This document shows, in pieces, positions 36,401 through 48,559 of a stretch of DNA of 64,000 nt. Location of the stretch: NCBI GenBank assembly GCA_950097015.1, contig CATNEN010000038.1, positions 30,504,001-30,568,000 of the forward strand, in the 5' to 3' direction. Under the pieces are notes generated by a model. The model ran no database searches. It worked only from the letters and a program-made list of their open reading frames with translations, and was not told the DNA's origin. This DNA comes from Macrostomum hystrix (lineage: Eukaryota > Animalia > Platyhelminthes). The position numbers and the translations under genes were made by a program. Every line of letters starts with the position of its first letter. Positions within the stretch are counted from its first letter, which is position 1.

Positions 36401-37316
36401 AACCAACTTTAGAGAGACCACGTTAGATTTTTCAAACAGAACTATCTAAAAAATCAATCAATACAAGTAAAAAAAACTTGAAATAAAAAACGAAGCGAAT
36501 TAAAAAAACGAATGACAAAATCACATTTCACTAGAGAACAATGGTCTTAACAGAGATTCGCAGCTTATAACTCGTAATTCAGAAATTGAATTCGAAAATT
36601 TTTGAACAACATTAAAAAACAGAAGAAATGTTTCGAATGTGACATATTCAAACAGCCCTTTAAAAAAGTTCAATTTTGTTAAAAATAATATATTAATGTG
36701 TTGTTTGCTTTGATTTCACGAAATTTGGCTAAAACGGACACTCATAATTGTATTAAAATTTAACAAATAATAATAGCCATCAAAGTGACATTTTTGGTTA
36801 ATTAACAAATCTAATTCTAATTCTAAAATCAATTATATAAATCAGTTACTTTTTTCTGCTACAAAATAAATAAATGAATAACACCAAGAACTTTAAGAAT
36901 AAAACTTATAAATAAAAGAAAATATAAAAAATTAATTTAATAAAAGTAATATTTGAAACGGATTTCTTCTTACTTAAAATTCTTAGAAACTCTTAAATAG
37001 TTTAAACCGCGTTCGTAATATTTTATTACGATTCAAAGAAATCGAAATATTATAAAATGAAACAAAATTTCGTAGAATATAAACCCTTAAATTAATTCAA
37101 ACTCACTCAAAAATGTTTAGGAATTAAAGATAATTTAAACAAAAACATTTTTTACAATTCTAATAAATCTGGACAATTTAAATTCAATTCCTTTCAGAAT
37201 TCAAACAAAATCTAAATAATTTATTATTTAGATTTATTTATTATTACTTTTTGTAGCTCTGGTCTAATAGAGTAACGATCGCTAGTAGATGCTACTGACC
37301 GAATAACGTTAAATCG

Positions 37317-40300
37317 TTATTTTATATCGTTAATTTTGTGAACGGCCGGTTCCAGAGTCAGGGCCAGCTCCTTTCTATGATACTCGCGCAAGCTTGGTCG
37401 ATGACCAACGCTAACTAGGCAGAGCTCGGGCACTTCATCCAGCAGCAGCTGATAGACGGCGGCTTCCAGATCAGGGTCCAGGGCGCTGGTGGCTTCATCA
37501 AGCAGAAGCAGCGCCGGTCTGTGATAGGCGCAGCGCAGGGCGACAAGTCTCTGCTGCTCACCCGGACTCAAACTAGCCGGCCAGTCCATGACGGAGTCCC
37601 AACCTGTTGAATTGCCGCAGCAGCGTTCCAGGAGTTCGTCAAGGCCCAGTTTGGTTAGGCAAGACTCAAGCCAGGAGAAGTTTAAGCTGCTGCGAAGCTG
37701 GGCGGTGAGTCGACGAGGGAAAACCACCTGAGAACAGGGAATTTTTTACTTAGATAATCTGATTCTCCGTTAGTATATATTAGGAGGGCTGCGGGCAATT
37801 TCGCGGACTCCTATGCACAAACGCACACAGGTGTGTACATCTGCCCTGAGTTCTAATCGTCAGGCAGTGTACACTTTTACTGTGCCTTGGAGGTTGGCCT
37901 CCAAGTCTACTTAAAGTAGGTAGTTGAGAAAAAAGCGCAAATGAAAAAACGTATTTCTAAGAAATCAGTTTCACGCTGACCTGCTGCAGCAGTGAACCGC
38001 CCGGTGTAAAGTATGGCCTCTGCGGCGCAAACAGCACTCGATCCGGTGACCGACCACCTGGCATTTCGGATCCAGGAGCCAGCTGAATTTGACGATCTCT
38101 ATCGCCGACGCATCCACCCCCAGGACGCCACAGGCCGCAGATGGTACGCAAAAGGGCCGTTTTACCGCAACCGCTAGGACCAGTGATTAGTAGGGAGTCA
38201 CCGGCATTGAGCGAGAGGCTCAGGTCTGTAAAAAATTATTGGAGGGGTGTGTATCACACACCTGAGGATCGGGATGGAACACAACTTAGGATTTGGAGGA
38301 AACACACCTGAAGATTAGGAGGGAGCACAACTGAGGATTGGGAGGGAACACAACTAAGGATTGGGAGGGAACACACCTGAGGATTGGGAGGGAACACACC
38401 TGAGGATTGGGAGTGGAACAGTACACACCTGAGTATTGGGAGTGGAACAGTACACACCTGAGTATTGGGAGTGGAACAGTACACACCTGAGTATTGGGAG
38501 TGGAACAGTACACACCTGAGTATTGGGAGTGGGACAGTACACACCTGAGTATTGGGAGTGGAACAGTACACACCTGAGTATTGGGAGTGGAACAGTACAC
38601 ACCTGAGTATTGGGAGTGGAACAGTACACACCTGAGTATTGGGAGTGGAACAGTACACACATGAGTATTGGGAGTGGAACAGTACACACATGAGTATTGG
38701 GAGTGGAACAGTACACACCTGAGTATTGGGAGTGGAACAGTACACACATGAGTATTGGGAGTGGAACAGTACACACCTGAGTATTGGGAGTGGGACAGTA
38801 CACACCTGAGTATTGGGAGTGGAACAGTACACACCTGAGTATTGGGAGTGGGACAGTACACACCTGAGTATTGGGAGTGGAACAGTACACACCTGAGTAT
38901 TGGGAGTGGAACAGTACACACCTGAGTATTGGGAGTGGAACAGTACACACCTGAGTATTGGGAGTGGAACAGTACACACCTGAGTATTGGGAGTGGAACA
39001 GTACACACATGAGTATTGGGAGTGGAACAGTACACACCTGAGTATTGGGAGTGGAACAGTACACACATGAGTATTGGGAGTGGAACAGTACACACCTGAG
39101 TATTGGGAGTGGAACAGTACACACCTGAGTATTGGGAGTGGAACAGTACACACCTGAGTATTGGGAAAGGAAAAGTACACACATGAGTATTGGGAGTGGA
39201 ACAGTACACACATGAGTATTGGGAGTGGAACAGTACACACATGAGTATTGGGAGTGGAACAGTACACACCTGAGTATTGGGAGTGGAACAGTACACACCT
39301 GAGTATTGGGAGTGGAACAGTACACACCTGAGTATTGGGAGTGGAACAGTACACACATGAGTATTGGGAGTGGAACAGTACACACATGAGTATTGGGAGT
39401 GGAACAGTACACACCTGAGTATTGGGAGTGGAACAGTACACACATGAGTATTGGGAGTGGAACAGTACACACCTGAGTATTGGGAGGGTGAGGTTGGCAC
39501 AAAGGGAGTGAGACAACAAGCAATAAAATTCCATTCTAACAAATAAATGGAAATGTACAGTAATACATGCATGTGACTAATAATAGGCTACAATTCGTTA
39601 TTTAAATTGGCAATAGAAAAACTCGTTAACATATAAAGCGACCTATTTCAAATTCAAAACAAGTTAGAACTATTACCACCAAGATAAGAGAAACGGATTT
39701 CATAGATAAGTGAATATCAAGCACAGCTTGTTTCCCACCTGTAAGTCAGTAGATTTTGCATTTTGGTAATCAATTGAAATCGAATTTAAATTTGCGTGAC
39801 GTTAACTTAAGCTTAGAAAAAGGAGAAAACTATGGCCACCTTATCCAATCTAGTATCCGTCTCGATTTTTCGATACATATCGGGTAGGGCCATCTTTCAC
39901 TCTTATCTCACCTTTAATTAGCACTCTCTCGCTGGAACCGGGTGGTTTAACGCACAGGCCGTGAATTTCTAAGACAGGCTGAATGACAGTCATTGTGCCT
40001 TGATCGCCAGCACCATCGATGCGAGTCTCGAGGTGCTGCTGCTGCTGGTGTTCGTGTGTTCCACCTTCTCCGGCAGGACCACACTGCCAGTGGCACTCTC
40101 TCAGAGCTTCGCCGAGTTCGAGAACACGATGCGAGGTTCCAATAATATCACCGGCTTCGACAGCCAGATCGATCAATTTAGTGAACTGATGAAACAGGTA
40201 GATCATGACAAACAGGGTGCGACTAATCAATGAGGCCAGATCCGTGCGAGACAGACTGTCATAGACACCGGAGAAAATCGGCACTGCCAGTGACAGGTAG

Positions 40301-43104
40301 CTTCCTATGCTGGCGGCGTAGTCGCAGAAGTTGACAAAGGCTGTCAGAGCGAACTGGCGAAGTACAACCCTACGCTGCAGGCCTAGTAGGGTTTCCAGAG
40401 AAGCTGAGCACTGCTCAAGTTCGACTGGCTCGCAGTCGTGAAAAGCGGCTGACTCGGCATTGATGCGGATCTGAGTTATGATTTCGCGGAAAGCACAAAA
40501 CGAAGAAAGTGTTAGAAAGCTACTGGAAATCCCAACCTGGGGATTTTAGGATATAATAACGGTGTTAGTAGAAATTATAATCCTATAACAGAATCCTAAT
40601 CTGTATCGGCTAACCTGAGAATGCCTATGCCGAAAGTCACCCTCGCCAGCTTCCTGTCGCACAATGGCTCGAGACACCATCTGCAGGAGGAACCGGTTGG
40701 CAATGGTGGCGAGAAGGAAGAAAGCCAGCGAGAAGCCAGGACCCAGCCAGCCGGTGATCTGCACGCATTCGTAGGTGTAATAGGCGATGATAAACGGCGA
40801 CACTAGAAGTGTGTCGGCCATGCCGCTGAATGCGCGACACATGCGTTCAACGTCCTGGGCGATGCGCTGGTCGCTGGCAGTTGAAGATAGAAGAGAATTG
40901 TTGTTGGTAAGTAAAAGTGCGCCAGCCGATATGTATCGAAATACACGTTTCGAAGGTGACGGATTTGAAATCAACCAGAAACATGCAGGGATATATACAA
41001 CAAAGCTTGATGTAATCTGCCCTTCTGCCCTTACATTAAACACTGTAATTTACATAATGGTCTCGGTATGTGCGACAAAACCCCATAGTAATGAGGCACA
41101 CAGCAGATTCGAACTCGGGTCGATTGATAAGCGAGCCGAATGCTTTACCGCTAAGCCATTTATCATCCCGTTAAAATAGTTATAAAATTCATTATTTAAC
41201 AATTGCTAGTGATGAATGTAAGAATGCAACTTACGGATTGTCAATATCCGTGTAAATATGCAGCATATAGAAGGCCTTCCTATGCAGGTAGGCCAGATGC
41301 AGACTATTGGTGACCTGCCTACGCAAACTTAGGTAAAGCAGGCCAGAGACAAAATTCTTTGTGCTTTTAATCTGGAATATTGAAGATAATAAGTATAGAA
41401 TTTTAAGCTAATGAATAACTTTTACATTCAAAACTTACAGCCACAATGCCAACAATCAGAGCTGTAGACATCAATGTCACACGCCAGAACAATGGAACAT
41501 CCGCGTCGCCAAGTGCTTTGTAGTACTGACTAGAAATCATGCCGACATTGTATGCGGTGATTTGTTCTGTTGAGAAAAAATACTGACTTTATTCTTTGCT
41601 AATCGATTTATTACACAAGTAAAAAACCTACTTTGAACACACCTATTTCTAAAAGTAACGAAAAAGGCTTCGAAAGGAACGCAATTCTTCGAAAGGAACG
41701 AAAAAGCTTTTTCCTAACAGAAATAGGACATAAACTGCTATTAAAAAAATGGAAAATTGCTATATAAATAATATGCTATATGCTATATAAACGTATATAC
41801 TATACTCACCTAAGACGCTGAGTAGCAGTAGAAATGCAAACAGGGCCGTGTTTTTTGAGCAAATGTTAGGAAAAACAACGCGAAATAGTTGAAAGACTCG
41901 CTTGAGAAAATGTAGGTTGAAACGGAATCTGCAAATTAGAATTCATGAATTTATTTTATTGATGACTATCATTTCAGTGAGCTCTCCCAGTCTGTCTCTC
42001 TGTCTCCTCTTTATCCGTATCCTCTCTCTGTCTCCTCTTTATCCGTATCCTCTCTCTGTCTCCTCTTTATCCGTATCCTCTCTCTGTCTCCTCTCTATCC
42101 GTATCCTCTCTCTGTCTCCTCTTTATCCGTATCCTCTCTCTGTCTCCTCTCTATCTGTATCCTCTCTCTGTCTCCTCTTTATCTGTATCCTCTCTCTGTC
42201 TCCTCTCTATCCGTATCCTCTCTCTGTCTCCTCTTTATCTGTATCCTCTCTCTGTCTCCTCTTTGTCTGTATCCTCTCTCTGTCTCCTCTTTATCCGTAT
42301 CCTCTCTCTGTCTCCTCTTTATCCGTATCCTCTCTCTGTCTCCTCTTTATCTGTATCCTCTCTCTGTCTCCTCTCTATCCGTATCCTCTCTCTGTCTCCT
42401 CTCTATCCGTATCCTCTCTCTGTCTCCTCTTTATCCGTATCCTCTCTCTGTCTCCTCTTTATCCGTATCCTCTCTCTGTCTCCTCTTTATCCGTATCCTC
42501 TCTCTGTCTCCTCTTTATCCGTATCCTCTCTCTGTCTCCTCTTTATCCGTATCCTCTCTCTGTCTCCTCTTTATCCGTATCCTCTCTCTGTCTCCTCTTT
42601 ATCCGTATCCTCTCTCTGTCTCCTCTTTATCCGTATCCTCTCTCTGTCTCCTCTTTATCCGTATCCTCTCTCTGTCTCCTCTTTATCCGTATCCTCTCTC
42701 TGTCTCCTCTTTATCCGTATCCTCTCTCTGTCTCCTCTTTATCCGTATCCTCTCTCTGTCTCCTCTTTATCCGTATCCTCTCTCTGTCTCCTCTTTATCC
42801 GTATCCTCTCTATGTCTCCCTATTACTGTCTCCTTCTATCTGTCTCCCTCTGTGTCTCCCCGCCTCTCTCTTCTTCTCACTCTCCGTCTCTCCTTCTCTT
42901 TATGTCATTTTCTGATCCGTCTCATGCTCTCTTCGTCAAACTGTGTCACCTTGCCGCAGGATCTACAATAGATGTCGAGTTATTATTATTAGCCTCATTA
43001 GGTGCAACACCAACGGAACCGGAAGCAGATGAAGTAACAATGGCGGCGTCGTCAGAGATAGGCAGAACAGTTGCGCCGCGAGCCACATTGGCGTAGGACG
43101 ACAT
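37317..43104 (-). CDS. ABCD4: ABC transporter D4 (lysosomal cobalamin exporter); exons 43104-42950, 41928-41810, 41566-41439, 41371-41235, 40873-40615, 40470-39912, 38225-37981, 37727-37317
   Basis: DIDNP|DQRIAQDVERMC, SPFIIAYYTYEC..TGWLGP, EGDFR..HSQ|IRINAESAAF, PIFSGVY, Walker A GPSGCGKT, signature LSPGEQQRL, Walker B LLLDEATSAL, VSVGHRPSL; all junctions phase-consistent. Confidence 0.93.
37790..37905 (-). mobile_element. SINE family B 3' fragment in the last ABCD4 intron
   Basis: Colinear with the reverse complement of 51660-51770. Confidence 0.65.
38254..39490. repeat. 29-bp minisatellite (sense strand GTGTGTACTGTTCCACTCCCAATACTCAG) in ABCD4 intron 6
   Basis: About 37 units plus degenerate ~23-bp units near the acceptor. 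Confidence 0.97.
41020..41170 (-). mobile_element. tRNA-like SINE head (third family) in ABCD4 intron 4
   Basis: A box TGGCTTAGCGG and B box GAGTTCGAATC on the - strand; no good cloverleaf. Confidence 0.5.
41990..42815. repeat. 28-bp polypyrimidine/polypurine minisatellite (TCTCTCTGTCTCCTCTTTATCCGTATCC) filling ABCD4 intron 1
   Basis: About 29 tandem units. Confidence 0.96.
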
Positions 43105-43569
43105 GATTGTCTCGGATATAAATTTCTTTAACGTGATAGTTTAGTTGAACTACAAAATATACTTGGTCTTCAGCTTAGCATGGCTGACTGGGGCGCGTAG
43201 CTAGCTGAAATTGTTTTAGTTTAGTAAATAAAGAGAGAATCTAGACTTGTTTATTTAACTTTCGCCAGTAATTATTCAAACCAATGCATTGTAAAAAATA
43301 GCAGCAAATTCAACGGTTAGAAGTAAATAACAAATAGGGAGAGTTGAATAAACTGACACGACACAACGCCTCAGACATTTGAAACTTACATTCTGAACTT
43401 GGAAAGAGTGCACCAACTAGAGAATTGGGCCTAGACTTAGGCAAATTCAACACCAAAGCACTTGCAAAATATATTTATTATACTAGATTACATTGTGAAC
43501 CAGTTAATACTAGTTTCCAACTAGTATTTTGTCTAGCTTGCAAAGATTCATATTGGAAATAGAAGAAAC

Positions 43570-44460
43570 TCGTGAATATAGGAATGGGAGAAATTCGTGA
43601 TAGAGAATGGGAGAAATTCGTGAATAGGGGATGGGAGAAATTTGTGAATAGGGGATGGGAGAAATTTCTGAATAGGGGATGGGAGAAATTTGTGAATAGG
43701 GAATGGGAGAAATTCGTGAAAAGGGAATGGGAGAAATTCTTGAATAGTGAATGGGATAAATTTATGAATAGGGAATGGGAGAAATTCGTGAATATGGAAA
43801 TGGGAGAAATTCGTGAATATGGAAATGGGAGAAATTCGTGAATAGGGAATGGGAGAAATTCGTGAAAAGGGAATGGGAGAAATTCTTGAATAGTGAATGG
43901 GATAAATTTATGAATAGGGAATGGGAGAAATTCTTGAATAGTGAATGGGATAAATTTATGAATAGGGAATGGGAGAAATTCGTGAAAAGGGAATGGGAGA
44001 AATTCTTGAATAGTGAATGGGATAAATTTATGAATAGGGAATGGGAGAAATTCGTGAATAGGGAATGGGAGAAATTCTTGAATAGTGAATGGGATAAATT
44101 TATGAATAGTGAATGGGATAAATTTATGAATAGGGAATGGGAGAAATTCGTGAATAGGGAATGGGAGAAATTCGTGAATAGAGAATGTGAGAAATTCGTG
44201 AATAGGGAATGGGAGAAATTCGTGAATAGGGAATGGGAGAAATTCGTGAATAGGGAATGGGAGAAATTCGTGAAAAGGGAATGGGAGAAATTCGTGAATA
44301 GGGAATGGGAGAAATTCGTGAATAGGGAATGGGAGAAATTCGTGAATAGGGAATGGGAGAAATTCGTGAATAGGGAATGGGAGAAATTCGTGAATAGAGA
44401 ATGGAAGAAATTCGTGAAAAGGGAATGGGAGAAATTCTTGAATATGGGAATGGGAGAAAA
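43570..44460. repeat. 24-bp minisatellite (GAATGGGAGAAATTCGTGAATAGG) between ATG4 and ABCD4
   Basis: About 36 tandem units. Confidence 0.96.
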
Positions 44461-45571
44461 ACATAAAAAGTGAATTGATAAAAAGCAAACCTTAATTTTA
44501 AGAACCTTAACATTATTTTCGAAATTATTAAATCGAAAGCAAAAACATTGGTACATGAGCAATCAAATTAAACGGAATATTTAATATTATTTCACAACAT
44601 AATGTATGGTTAAATAAATAAAATAAACGGACAATAAAATCATTTAAAAGTGACAAGCGAGTTTTTTTACATGAAAAACATCGTCATAATACTGATATCT
44701 TGTATGATACATTATGACATTATTCTTATCTGTAATTTTAATTGGCGCTAAAACATTTAGTTTGAACAAATAATTTCATCTATATTAGTAATAAAATAAT
44801 TAACTGCCTAATAGGTAGGTAAGTAAAGAAAATGTTTTGTTATAATTTTAGCGCCAATTTCAAACAGGTTAAGAACCATTCAAGTTTGATGGGCAGTTAT
44901 TCTAAGCTTGATTATAACATTTTACAACATAATTAAATGTATATACTGTAGACAAAAGCAGAGACAGAATTAAATTAAATGTTTTGAATAAACATAAAAA
45001 ATTAACTATATACAGACCAATATTAAACGCACGGTGGAAGCGGCAAAACAAAAAAGAATAAAATAATATTTGACAAACAGTTAGTGATCAGCTGTAAGCA
45101 ATTTAATGATAAAAATCTGTTTAAAATATATTTATAATATCTTGTTTGTTGAAATAGTCTTTGTCTTGCTGCTTACAGCATATAATATTTCATATTGACC
45201 GCATATTCAGCTAGCTTTGCATTGGCACTTCGGTGAAACATAAATAATTTTAGGCTACTTAGAAAGTAAGGATATATTATATTGATTAAAAGAATATACT
45301 ACTTATAATACTTATCAAATTCCAAAAAACAAAAAGACAAAAACACGGCTATTTGAATTAAAACCGATATGTTGCGAAACAACTAAATATATGTTCTGAA
45401 TTCGAGGATCTTAGTTGTCATGGTGAGGCTTAACTATACTTACCCGATATGTAGCAAAGTTATTTAAAAAATTTATGAACAACAAGAGTATTAATCCAAT
45501 TTTACCCGATATGTATAAAAAAAACAATCTTTTGAATTTATATATTTTTTTCAGCTGAACATTTGAAGGAC

Positions 45572-48559
45572 TCAAATGAGTACGAAGTCGAATTCTTCAA
45601 CATCATCGGGATCTAGGTCAACGTCAGTGCCAGATCTTGACATCTTTTGACGTCTGGGCTCACGAGGCTCATTAAAGGCTCTACTTTTGTCAAGTACTCC
45701 AGGTAATTGAAAAAACTCACTAGCCGAAGCTCCAACAACAATACCGTTCTCATCTTCGTCGTCATTGTCGCTGCATTTGATGCCTTCGGTATCATTGCCT
45801 GGTAAGTCTTGATTATCGTTGAAATTTCGCGCTCCGTAACCTCCAACATCAGCGTAGCAACTGCCCTCCTCGGAGACCACGAGAGAGGTGACGGTTACAC
45901 CAGGAGGTGGCCAAAGCTCTCTGGCCGACTGGACAACGCAGGCAACGCCACGACACTCGGCGCCGAGGCAGGCGAGAAGTCTGCGGTGCGACAAAGGATT
46001 GGGGATGGGAGTGGGTGTCACATCTAAGGATTTTATGAGGGTGGGTGTCACACCTGAGGCTTTGGAGGGGTGGGTGTCACACCTGAGGATTTTGGGGGGT
46101 GGGTATCACACCTGAGAATTTTGAGGGGGTGGGTGTCACACCTGATTATTTAGAAGAGGTGGATGTCACACCTGAGGATTTCGAGGGGGTGGGTGTCACA
46201 CCTGAGGATTTGGAGGGCGTGGGTGTCACACCTGATGATTTTGAGAGGGTGGGTGTCACACCTGATGATTAAGAAGAGGTGGATGTCACACCTGAGGATT
46301 TCGAGGGCGTGGGTGTCACAACTGAGGATTTGGAGGGCGTGGGAGTCACAACTGAGGATTCGGAGGGGTGGGTGTCACACCTGATGATTAAGAAGAGGTG
46401 GATGTCACACCTGAGGATTTCGAGGGCGTGGGTGTCACAACTGAGGATTTGGAGGGCGTGGGAGTCACAACTGAGGATTCGGAGGGGTGGGTGTCACACC
46501 TGAGGATTTTGAGGGGGTTGGTGTCACACCTGATGTTTAGAAGAGGTGGATGTCACACCTGAGGATTTGGAGGGGGTGGGTGGTTAAGCATTCCTGAAGA
46601 TTGGGAGGGTATGAGGGTCAAATCTACCTGAAGATTGGCAGGGGTGGGTGTCACAGACGGCTTACCTATCCAGCTCAGCTTGATCAGCTATCAGGAATCC
46701 CACAGCACAGCTCGGATCGAGTCGTCGATAAGGCACTAATCTAGGCCGGCTAGTTCTCAATTGAGCACGCCAATCTCGAACGCATCTGTCATGCGGATCT
46801 AAGCCTAACAATCGGTCGCCTTGGTAACCGCAAAAATACAAAGATCGTCGCGGCCTACCGCCCAGCATGCCCAGGCAGGAGGGCTGGCGAAGTAGGGCTT
46901 GAAGAGCTGGCAGATGGTCAGCGTGAGCCAGACTGCCGCCTCCCAAGCGCAGCGGTAGAAGCAGAAGAAGCAGAGGCGGCTGCTGCTGCTGTAACAAGTC
47001 GATTTGTGATGAAATGTTTTCCCCCTTATTTCAAATACCCACTGCCTACTTCACAATAGCTCCCAAACCGAGTGACCGATTTTTGTAAAAGTCCACCTTG
47101 TGTATCAAATATTTCAAAGCCGTTTGAGAATCGTTGAATACCACATCGATGCCGATTTTTTAATACCTCACCTGAACGGAACAACGCAAGCACACGTTAC
47201 TCAAAAACAAAGGCCAACTTTTTGTTGCGCATCTTTTGAAACAAGAATCAAGTCGCCAGCTCTTCAGACCGTCGAGATATTCAATGGTTCTGGCCGAAGA
47301 TCAGATTTTACCCCATAAGCGCTAGTGTATTTCATACACCCCTGTACACGAATTTGCACTGCGCCTCAGTGCGGCCTTGCCAAGCCTTCCAAAATTGATC
47401 AGCATTTCACCCGAATGTGCCTGCATAATGTTCGTCTTCAGTGGTCACCTAGCTTTATCTAGAGGGACTGCTGGACCTTCAAGGGCTACAACAGGTGGAA
47501 ATGGGTCACTATGGACACCCTCACACGAATTTCTCCAATTTCACTGATCAAGCCTAAATATTAGGCGCAGCTCAACAACAGGACACCATCGTCTAGTCTG
47601 TCAACCAACCAGTCACCACCCAACGCTGTTATAGCATTCAGGCGCTGCCAACAAACATTTTTTAGGAAAAACAGGCGGCAAAATGTCTCGGTAGTCCAAC
47701 TGTTGAGGACGTAAAATTGGACGACAAGCCGCCTTTCATTCGCCCCGCAATCGAGCTCAGGGACCATTGCCCCTTCCACTCACCCACTGCCTATAATTCA
47801 ATATCTACCGTTCCCGAGAATGATGCAACCAACCTGCCCAGCAACAGAATCCTCGAATCCGGCCGCACAGTCCTCCGTAGCCTCGGTAGCAGCGACGCCG
47901 TCGGAGGCGGTCCACACAGTCAGGAGGCGATCGCGACAGACGCAGGAATCGGGCGCCACGTGGACACGGAGCCGGCTGCAGACAGACTGGGATCCGGCTG
48001 CGTCGGCTGACAATGTCACGGCAGCCATTGCGGCCCTGCAGGCCGTGGCTGGGCCGGACCAATCGCCCGGCTGCCTACCGCAGCCAGACAACAGGGCAGC
48101 CAATGATAGTCGGCCGTCGTCAGCAAATAGCTCGGCATCGAATTGCTTGGCATCCAATTTGGCTAGCCGGGTCAGAGCCGCAGCCAATAGCATCTGGGCG
48201 CACCTGTACATGCAGCCCCATCCTGCGTCTGTGCGATAAACCCTGCCAGTAGCGGCAGATACCATCGGAGGCTGAATCTGGCGCCGATAAGTTAAATGTA
48301 CTAGATGCGATAGATCTTCTAGTAGACGCTCAGCGTCATTAGCAACGCTATACTCTGCGCCTAGCAACCAAACTGGCAAAGATTTGCGTAGACGAAGATT
48401 AAAACGCTTATTTAAACTGCTAGCATTTGATGCAGAGCCGCTGGCAGAGCTACTGCGAAATGAAATTCTGTACCGCCAGCTGTTCCAACCGTCCTTTAGT
48501 GCATCTGACAGGCTCTGTTGCTGTTGCTGCTGCGCTCTGAGGGTGGGTTGCTTTGACAT
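45572..48559 (-). CDS. ATG4: Cysteine protease ATG4 (ATG4C/D-like); exons 48559-47834, 46988-46666, 45980-45572
   Basis: PVWLLG, HLTYRR, TDAGWGCM (catalytic Cys), LPLRLG, GMLGGRPRRSLYFCGYQ, LDPH (Asp/His), LDPSCAVGF, C-terminal LIR EFDFVLI; N-terminal GWNSWRY as in the C/D subfamily. Confidence 0.92.
46005..46655. repeat. 29/30-bp minisatellite (sense strand GTGTGACACCCACCCCTCCAAATCCTCAG) filling ATG4 intron 2
   Basis: About 20 moderately diverged units including duplicated blocks. Confidence 0.92.
47040..47347. mobile_element. Possible Tc1/mariner-type non-autonomous element remnant in ATG4 intron 1
   Basis: Right end tttcatacacccctgta, whose reverse complement TACAGGGGTGTATGAAA resembles a mariner-like TIR; matching left TIR not found. 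Confidence 0.25.

Noticed and set aside
37830-37880. Hammerhead ribozyme in SINE family B (CTGACGA within a hairpin on the - strand)
   Set aside because: No conserved GAAA/stem III/UH arrangement, and the core differs among copies (CTAACGA, CTCATGA); only a simple hairpin is supported
38254-44562. Cys-rich, hydrophobic and NREWEKFV repeat ORFs
   Set aside because: Minisatellite artefacts within ABCD4 introns and the ATG4-ABCD4 spacer
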